Positions 58,160 to 64,000 of a DNA stretch of 64,000 nt are shown piece after piece (within the stretch, counting starts at the first letter, position 1; each line of letters begins with the position of its first letter). The stretch is from Gemmatimonas sp. (GTDB lineage Bacteria; Gemmatimonadota; Gemmatimonadetes; Gemmatimonadales; Gemmatimonadaceae). Below the pieces are notes generated by a model. It did not search any database. It was not told the DNA's origin and saw only the letters and a list, made by a program, of their open reading frames with translations. The stretch spans positions 96,001-160,000 of the forward strand of contig JANNVQ010000054.1 of NCBI GenBank assembly GCA_031414535.1, written 5' to 3'. Position numbers and translations under genes: made by a program.

Positions 58160-58945
58160 CTAGCGTCCCTTGTAGGTGGGTGCGCGCTTCTCAAGAAAGG
58201 CGCGTACGCCTTCTTCATAGTCGGCGGTGCTACCCGCCTCCTGCATACAGCGCGCTTCCATCTCAAGTTGCTCGTCGAGTGAGTTGGCCCAAGACGCGTT
58301 CATCGCACGCTTGGTCAGACCGAAGCCACGCGTAGCCTGCGTGGCCAGCGAGGCCGCAAGCGCCCGCGTAGTGCTCATCAAGTCCGCAGCCGGTGCGACG
58401 TCCCAAATGAGCCCCCAGTCCCTGGCCTGCTTTGCGCTCATCTTCCCGGCGAGAAAAAACATCCCCGTCGCGCGTTGCGAGCCCACCAAGCGGGGCACGA
58501 AGAAGGTCCCGCTAGTGTCTGGGATGAGCCCGAGCTTCGCAAAGCTCTCTACGAAGCTTGCCTCCTCCGCCGCAATCGTGAGGTCGCAGGCAAAGGCCAA
58601 GTTCGCCCCGGCACCGGCGGCAATTCCGTTCACCGCACAAATCACCGGCTTCTCGAGCGAACGAATCGCACGGATGATTGGATTGTACGAGGCACGGACC
58701 ACCTCGGAGATGTCAGGCATCGGTCCATCACCCACGGGGAGCACTTCCTGGAGATCTTGCCCCGCGCAGAAGCCCCGGCCTGCCCCCGTGAGCAGGACAG
58801 CCCGAATGTCGGAACCCGCCGCCGCGCGCGCCAACTCCACTTGCAGCGCCTGCGCCATCGCGCGGTCAAAACTGTTGAGAACCTCGGGACGGTTCAGTGT
58901 TAGTTCGAGGACCCCGTCCTTGAGCTCGCTCAGGATGCTTGGCAT
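58160..58945 (-). CDS. paaG: 1,2-epoxyphenylacetyl-CoA isomerase (crotonase fold)
   Basis: FCAGQDL, AAGAGANLA, GLIPDTSGT. Confidence 0.9.
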   Translation of the reverse strand: MPSILSELKDGVLELTLNRPEVLNSFDRAMAQALQVELARAAAGSDIRAVLLTGAGRGFCAGQDLQEVLPVGDGPMPDISEVVRASYNPIIRAIRSLEKPVICAVNGIAAGAGANLAFACDLTIAAEEASFVESFAKLGLIPDTSGTFFVPRLVGSQRATGMFFLAGKMSAKQARDWGLIWDVAPAADLMSTTRALAASLATQATRGFGLTKRAMNASWANSLDEQLEMEARCMQEAGSTADYEEGVRAFLEKRAPTYKGR

Positions 58946-58966
58946 GGGCCGAAATCTACTGCTTGT

Positions 58967-59104
58967 TCACCACGGAGACACGGAGGCTCAGAGACGACTG
59001 AAGAAGGGCCTCCGAGGGTCGCACAATGAGGCGACGGGACGCCACGGCCGGCAGGGGCTCTCCCTCGGAATTTCTGTCTCCGAGCCTCTGTGTCTCCGTG
59101 GTGA
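58967..59104. repeat. MITE-like element, family B, copy 2
   Basis: 29-bp terminal inverted repeats TCACCACGGAGACAC(G/A)GAGGCTC(A/G)GAGAC (27/29 match). Confidence 0.8.
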
Positions 59105-59136
59105 TGGCCGGTGTCTTATTGCTAGATTTCGACCCG

Positions 59137-61239
59137 ATGCCTCCCCAGACGAAAACCCCCGCCGCACCCGCCATCGATTGGCGCAAGGTCGCGTACAACC
59201 TACTCTGCTCCCGTGCGCTCGACGACGCCGAGGAACAGACCAATCGGAACCGCGCCACCGTCCCCAAGGACCACGTGGTGCTCTACCAGTTCTCAGCGCG
59301 CGGCCACGACTTGGCGCAGGTCATCCTCGGCCAGTTGCTGACCGGCAAGCGCGATGCCGCGGGCGCCTACTATCGCAGCCGGCCGCTCCTCTTGTCTCTT
59401 GGCCTCTCACTCGAGGATGCCTTTGGCTCACCGCTCGGCCGCGCCGGCGGCTTTTCTGACGGCCGCGACATCGGCGTTGTCTGCAACTTCCCGCGCGAGG
59501 AAGGCTGCATCGTCCTGCCGATGGCCGGTGATGTGGGCTCCCAATACACCCCGACGGCGGGCTGGGCGCAGGGCATCCTCTACAACAGCGAGATTCTCAA
59601 GGACCATCGCTATCACAAGTCCATCGGCGTCGCGCTCGGCGGTGATGCGTCGGTGGCGACGAGCGGATTCTGGTCGGCCCTCACAATGGCCACCACGCTC
59701 AAGTTGCCGATGCTGTTCTATATCGAAGACAACAACCTCGGCATTTCCGTCTCGGGCGATTTCCAGACACCCGGCGGCGATATCGCAGCCAATCTCTCGT
59801 CGTTTAAGAATCTGCTGATTCGCAACGGCGATGGCACGAACCCCGCGGATAGCGCTGAGAAGTTGACCGAAGCTGTTGCGCATGTGCGCTCTGGCAAGGG
59901 CCCTGCCCTCGTGCGTCTCACCGTGCCACGTCTGTCCTCGCACTCGGGGCCGGACAACCAGAAAGGCTATCGCTCGGACGCGGAGATCGCCGCCGACCAG
60001 CAGCGCGACCCGTTGCCTCGGCTCCGAAGCTTTCTTGTGCCCTCGCAGTTGAGCGCGGCCGAGTGGAGCCAACTCGAAGCAGACGTCTCACGCGATGTGG
60101 AACGCGCACTCTCAGCCGCGCGCACTCGCCCAAAGCCCGACCCGGCCAAGATTGCGATGTACATCCACGCCGACGATACCGACGGCGCTCCGGAAGCCTT
60201 CGGGGGCCTGCGCCGCAGCGAGCGCTTTGCGCAGAAGCGCAGCGAAAGCGCCGCCGAGAACGGTGAGATGCTTCGCTTTGCCGAGGCCGTGCGCCGCACG
60301 CTGCGCCATGAACTGCAGGTCAATCCCAAGGTCGTGGTCTTCGGCGAGGATGTGGGCAAGAAGGGTGGCGTACACCTCGTCACTGAAGGCCTGCAAAAAT
60401 CCTTCGGCAGCGATCGCGTGTTCGACACCTCGCTCAGCGAAGAAGGCATCATTGGCCGCGCCGCCGGACTCGCCATCGCGGGCCTCATGCCGGTGGCGGA
60501 GATTCAGTTTCGAAAGTACGCTGACCCCGCCACCGAGCAACTCAACAACGCCGGCACCCTGCGTTGGCGCACCGCGAATCGTTTTGCCTCGCCGATGGTG
60601 GTGCGTATGCCCGGGGGCTACGGCAAGGACGTGGGCGATCCTTGGCATTCACTGAGCGACGAGGTGCGCTTTGCGCACGCCTATGGTTGGCAGCTCGCCA
60701 TTCCATCCAACGCCGCCGACGCAGTGGGCCTGCTGCGTACGGCCATGCGTAGCCCCAACCCCACGGTGTTCTTCGAGCATCGTTCACTGCTGATGACCGG
60801 CGACGGCAGCGCGCGCTATCCTGGCGACGACTACGTGATTCCCTTTGGCCGCGCCCGCGTGGTGCAGCCGGGCAAGTCACTCACCATGGTGAGCTGGGGC
60901 GCCATGGTGCATCGCTGCGCCGAGGCTGCCGCTCAACTCGGCGACGCTGTAGAGTTGCTGGACCTTCGCACGATTGCGCCTTGGGACCGCGACGCGGTGC
61001 TTGCGAGCGTGCGAAAGACCGGCCGCTGCTTGATTGTGCACGAGGACAATCTCACCGCGGGCTTTGGTGCTGAAGTCGCGGCGACCATTACGCAGGACGC
61101 CTTCTGGTACTTGGATGCGCCGGTGGAGCGTCTCGCCCCAAAGGACATCCCAATGCCGTATCACCCGGATCTGTTGGCCGCAGTGCTCCCAGATGTGCCG
61201 GAGATACTGGCGTGTGCGGAACGAGTGCTGCGTACCTAG
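59137..61239 (+). CDS. 2-oxoacid dehydrogenase E1, fused alpha/beta (branched-chain/aromatic type)
   Basis: YYRSR, TPP motif GDASVATSGF...EDNN, RLSSHSGPD; beta part FGEDVGKKGGV, DTSLSEEGIIG, EIQF, DLRTIAPWD, VHED. Confidence 0.9.
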   Translation: MPPQTKTPAAPAIDWRKVAYNLLCSRALDDAEEQTNRNRATVPKDHVVLYQFSARGHDLAQVILGQLLTGKRDAAGAYYRSRPLLLSLGLSLEDAFGSPLGRAGGFSDGRDIGVVCNFPREEGCIVLPMAGDVGSQYTPTAGWAQGILYNSEILKDHRYHKSIGVALGGDASVATSGFWSALTMATTLKLPMLFYIEDNNLGISVSGDFQTPGGDIAANLSSFKNLLIRNGDGTNPADSAEKLTEAVAHVRSGKGPALVRLTVPRLSSHSGPDNQKGYRSDAEIAADQQRDPLPRLRSFLVPSQLSAAEWSQLEADVSRDVERALSAARTRPKPDPAKIAMYIHADDTDGAPEAFGGLRRSERFAQKRSESAAENGEMLRFAEAVRRTLRHELQVNPKVVVFGEDVGKKGGVHLVTEGLQKSFGSDRVFDTSLSEEGIIGRAAGLAIAGLMPVAEIQFRKYADPATEQLNNAGTLRWRTANRFASPMVVRMPGGYGKDVGDPWHSLSDEVRFAHAYGWQLAIPSNAADAVGLLRTAMRSPNPTVFFEHRSLLMTGDGSARYPGDDYVIPFGRARVVQPGKSLTMVSWGAMVHRCAEAAAQLGDAVELLDLRTIAPWDRDAVLASVRKTGRCLIVHEDNLTAGFGAEVAATITQDAFWYLDAPVERLAPKDIPMPYHPDLLAAVLPDVPEILACAERVLRT

Positions 61240-61291
61240 GACGGATGACGGATGACGGAAGCTTGTTGCATCCGTCATCCGTCATCCGTCC
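61239..61291. repeat. Family A REP-like palindrome after the E1 gene
   Basis: (cta)GGACGGATGACGGATGACGGAAgcttgttgcATCCGTCATCCGTCATCCGTCC. Confidence 0.85.
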
Positions 61292-61302
61292 CCCATCAAG
61301 CA

Positions 61303-61331
61303 TTGCCCAACTTCGTCCCAGCACGTATTTT
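61303..61331 (+). promoter_or_regulatory. Candidate sigma70 promoter of the MATE leader
   Basis: TTGCCC-N17-TATTTT. Confidence 0.5.
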
Positions 61332-61363
61332 CTTAACCGTTCCCCCAACCTGAGCCCGCTAAG

Positions 61364-61450
61364 ATGATCCTGCTCGCCCCAACCATGCGCCCGGTACCGA
61401 CCGCCGTCGGTGTCGTAGTGCGTGCGCGCGAAGCAGGGCACCTCGGGTAG
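61364..61450 (+). CDS. Putative leader peptide (uORF) MILLAPTMRPVPTAVGVVVRAREAGHLG
   Basis: ATG 61364 (second in-frame ATG at 61385), TAG 61448-61450; overlaps the antiterminator arm; no strong RBS. Confidence 0.45.
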   Translation: MILLAPTMRPVPTAVGVVVRAREAGHLG

Positions 61451-61481
61451 CAGCGACACTTCCGTCGCGCCTCGCGGATCC

Positions 61482-61524
61482 ACGCCCCTCCTGCTTCGTA
61501 CAGCGGATGGGGCGTTTTCATTTT
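61482..61524 (+). terminator. Intrinsic terminator (attenuator) upstream of the MATE gene
   Basis: ACGCCCC-TCC...GGA-T-GGGGCGT followed by TTTCATTTT; the 5' arm can pair instead with CGAAGCAGG at 61429-61437. Confidence 0.7.
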
Positions 61525-61543
61525 GACTCCGTGAGTGTTCCCT

Positions 61544-62965
61544 ATGCATACCAGTCCTAACTCCACGCCCACTACCGAGCCCACGAGCGTCTGGCGCGAT
61601 ATCCGCGACGCCATTCGTGGCTCGGAGCACGACTACACGCAGGGCCCAATCGGTCGCGCAATCTTCTTGCTCGCCGTTCCCATGGTGCTCGAGATGTCCA
61701 TGGAGAGCATCTTCGCCGTCGTTGATGCCTTCTTCGTCGGACGGCTTGGGCCTGCCGCGGTGGCCACGATCGGTCTCACCGAATCACTGATGGTCGTCAT
61801 CTATACTGTGGCGATGGGGCTCAGCATCGGTGCCACCGCCACCGTCGCACGCCGCATCGGCGAGAAGGATCCCGATGGTGCCGCGCGCGCTACCGTTCAG
61901 GCGCTCATGCTCGGCCTTCTTCTCTCCACGGTGCTCGGCGTGTTCGGTGCGATCTATGCACCGGAGTTGCTCGCCCTCATGGGCGCCGATGCCGAGGTGC
62001 TGGCGGTGGGCACAGGCTTCGCTCGCGTCTCGCTCGCGTGCAACGGTGGCGTCTTCCTGCTCTTCCTCATCAATGCCGCGTTCCGAGGCGCCGGCGACGC
62101 GGCCGTGGCCATGCGCGTGCTGGTGTTGGGCAATGCCATCAACATCGTGCTCGACCCGCTTCTCATCTTTGGCGTGGGATTCTTTCCTGAGATGGGGCTC
62201 GTGGGTGCGGCGTGGGCAACTGTCATCGGCCGCGTGACCGGTTTCCTCTGGGCGCTTTGGCACTTGAGCGCTGGTGAGGGCAACCTGCACGTGCACAAAC
62301 ATCACGTGGTCGTGGAGCCTAAGGAGATGCTGAGCATCGCCAAGCTCTCGGGCTGGGGCACCTTCCAAGTCGCACTGAGCTCAATGAGTTGGATTGCACT
62401 TGTGCGTCTGACCTCGACCTTTGGCGCAGCGACATTGGCTGGGTACACCATCTCCATCCGCATTCTGCTCTTCGCGCTCATGCCGGCCTATGGCGTGGGA
62501 GCCGCGGCCGCGACGATGGTGGGCCAAGCACTCGGCGCCCAGAACCCCGACCGCGCCGAGCAATCGGTGTGGGTGGCGGCGCGGATGAACATGCTGCTCC
62601 TCGGCCTCACCGGCGTGCTCTTCTGGATTTTCGCGCCCACGATGGTCAGCTGGTTCAGCGATACGGCGGAAGTGCGCATCGTCGCGAGCTATGCGCTGCG
62701 TACCATGTCACTGGGCTTCCCACTCTATGCGCTCGGCATGGTGCTGGAGCAGTCCTTCAACGGCGCGGGAGACACGCGCACGCCAAGCTGGATCAACTTC
62801 TTCGTGTTCTGGGTCTTCCAGATTCCACTGGCCTGGTGGATGTCGCAGCGCACGGACTTGGGCTTCCGCGGCGTGTTCATTGCGGTGCCGATGGCGTACT
62901 CGGCGCTGGCGATTGTGAGTGCGATTTTGTTCCGGCGGGGGAGCTGGAAGCAAAGGCGTATCTAG
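61544..62965 (+). CDS. MATE family efflux transporter
   Basis: LAVPMVLEM, VDAFFVGRLG, FRGAGDA, NIVLDPLLIFG, FNGAGDTRTP; about 12 TM. Confidence 0.93.
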   Translation: MHTSPNSTPTTEPTSVWRDIRDAIRGSEHDYTQGPIGRAIFLLAVPMVLEMSMESIFAVVDAFFVGRLGPAAVATIGLTESLMVVIYTVAMGLSIGATATVARRIGEKDPDGAARATVQALMLGLLLSTVLGVFGAIYAPELLALMGADAEVLAVGTGFARVSLACNGGVFLLFLINAAFRGAGDAAVAMRVLVLGNAINIVLDPLLIFGVGFFPEMGLVGAAWATVIGRVTGFLWALWHLSAGEGNLHVHKHHVVVEPKEMLSIAKLSGWGTFQVALSSMSWIALVRLTSTFGAATLAGYTISIRILLFALMPAYGVGAAAATMVGQALGAQNPDRAEQSVWVAARMNMLLLGLTGVLFWIFAPTMVSWFSDTAEVRIVASYALRTMSLGFPLYALGMVLEQSFNGAGDTRTPSWINFFVFWVFQIPLAWWMSQRTDLGFRGVFIAVPMAYSALAIVSAILFRRGSWKQRRI

Positions 62966-63030
62966 GACGGATGACGGATGACGGCTACACAGGCGGTCTG
63001 TGCGCATCCGTCATGCGTCATCCGTCCTAG
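62962..63030. repeat. Family A REP-like palindrome between convergent MATE and paaD
   Basis: CTAGGACGGATGACGGATGACGG...ATCCGTCATGCGTCATCCGTCCTAG; both terminal CTAG supply the stop codons. Confidence 0.85.
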
Positions 63031-63524
63031 ATCGCCTTAAACTCGTCAAACGGCTGCTTGCAGTCCTTACACACGTGAATCGCTTTGCAAGCCGTTGATC
63101 CAAACTCGCTCTTGAGCGAGGTGTTCCGCGATCCACACCACGGGCACTGCACAGGGGGCTTGGCACGCACCAGCGTGACCAAGCCTCCGTCGTCTGCGCG
63201 GCCTGGCGGTGCAATTCCGTACTTGCGAAGCTTTTCGCGCGCCGACTCAGGAATCCAATCGGTGGTCCAGGCCGGCGAGAGCACGGTCTTCACCTCCACC
63301 GATGTCGCGCCAGCGGCCTCAAGCGCGGAAATCACGTCGCGCTCAATCTCGAACATCGCGGGGCAGCCGCTATACGTGGGCGTGATGGTCACTTCCACGC
63401 CGCCATCCTCGCGCTGATGCGCATCGCGCACGATGCCGAGTTCCACAACGGAAATCACTGGCACCTCGGGATCCGGGACGGTCCCAAGGATTGCGAAGAG
63501 TTGATCGCGGCTGAACGTCGTCAT
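63027..63524 (-). CDS. paaD: Phenylacetyl-CoA epoxidase maturation subunit PaaD
   Basis: VPDPEVPVISVVELGIVR, TPTYSGCPA, PAWTTDW, CPWCGS, FGSTACKA, C..C.QPFDEFK. Confidence 0.95.
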   Translation of the reverse strand: MTTFSRDQLFAILGTVPDPEVPVISVVELGIVRDAHQREDGGVEVTITPTYSGCPAMFEIERDVISALEAAGATSVEVKTVLSPAWTTDWIPESAREKLRKYGIAPPGRADDGGLVTLVRAKPPVQCPWCGSRNTSLKSEFGSTACKAIHVCKDCKQPFDEFKAI

Positions 63525-63561
63525 GTGAGATGAACGCGACAGTGTGGCGCCGCGTTCGCGC

Positions 63562-64000
63562 TTACCAGGTCGCGCCAGGGTGGGCCCGCGCCACGCTCTG
63601 CATCGTGGCCAACAGATGCCCGATGTGTTCCGTATGCCGACCGCGGCGTCCGCCCTGCTGCATGGCCCCGTCAGCCGGACGCACAAGCGTCGCGCGCGCG
63701 AAGACGTCGTTGACCAGCGAATCCCAACGCGACTTGATACCCGCCACATCAACGGTGATGCCCGCGGCCTGAGCAGCCACGTCAATTTCGTCGGTCACGA
63801 ACATCTCGCCTGTGTACGGCCACAAGCGATCCACCGACGCCTGCACGCGCGCGTGACTCTCCGCGGTACCATCGCCGAGGCGCACCACCCATTCACTGGA
63901 ATGCCGGAGGTGGTACTTGTCTTCCTTGAGCGCCTTGGCGGCAATCGCCGCGAGCTGGGCGTGCCCGCACCGCGTGAACTCGTCAAGCAGCAGCACGCTG
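63562..64000 (-). CDS. paaC: Phenylacetyl-CoA epoxidase subunit PaaC (5' end outside the window)
   Basis: IAAKALKEDKYHLRHS, RLGDGTAES, GRHTEHIGHLLATMQ...HPGATW. Confidence 0.93.
   Translation of the reverse strand, partial: SVLLLDEFTRCGHAQLAAIAAKALKEDKYHLRHSSEWVVRLGDGTAESHARVQASVDRLWPYTGEMFVTDEIDVAAQAAGITVDVAGIKSRWDSLVNDVFARATLVRPADGAMQQGGRRGRHTEHIGHLLATMQSVARAHPGATW

Noticed and set aside
61239..63030. Heptamer repeats as a CRISPR array
   Set aside because: They are inverted and dispersed, have no repeat-spacer periodicity, and no cas genes are present.
1..64000. tRNA/rRNA genes, prophage, IS transposases, defence systems
   Set aside because: None recognised by eye; small structured RNAs could still be missed without a covariance-model search.

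Overview
High-GC (roughly two-thirds G+C by eye), gene-dense bacterial chromosome segment with about 50 CDS. The gene families present (SARP/BTAD-TM-TPR regulator, Ser/Thr kinase-TPR, the 'RLDSIERAVEATAVEIERVGEGQRF' membrane protein) suggest Gemmatimonadota; this is an inference. No rRNA, tRNA, CRISPR array, transposase or integrase was seen. Layout: (1) 1-15.7 kb, a candidate uncharacterised synthase-dependent polysaccharide secretion system: processive GT2, membrane HEAT protein, secreted TPR/clan GH-A hydrolase and TPR/beta-barrel, embedded in a multistep phosphorelay (CHASE3 hybrid kinase, Hpt-REC-dead GGDEF-REC, CheY-like). (2) 16-24 kb, a CarH-like B12 photoreceptor with a leaderless promoter, a dipeptidase, an LVIVD/YncE beta-propeller pair and a His-less kinase. 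(3) 24.5-34 kb, sahR-ahcY with a visible operator, trpF, lspA and hrpB. (4) 34-52 kb, a PliI-like lipoprotein, TamAB, a metalloprotease, an internally deleted SulP and a Ser/Thr kinase. (5) 52.6-64 kb, the phenylacetate (paa) cluster interrupted by an oppositely oriented fused 2-oxoacid dehydrogenase E1 and a MATE gene that carries a uORF/terminator/antiterminator attenuator. Two families of non-coding palindromic repeats recur between genes. Product calls come from motifs recognised by eye, not database searches; several starts were moved from the ORF track using RBS or stop/start overlap.
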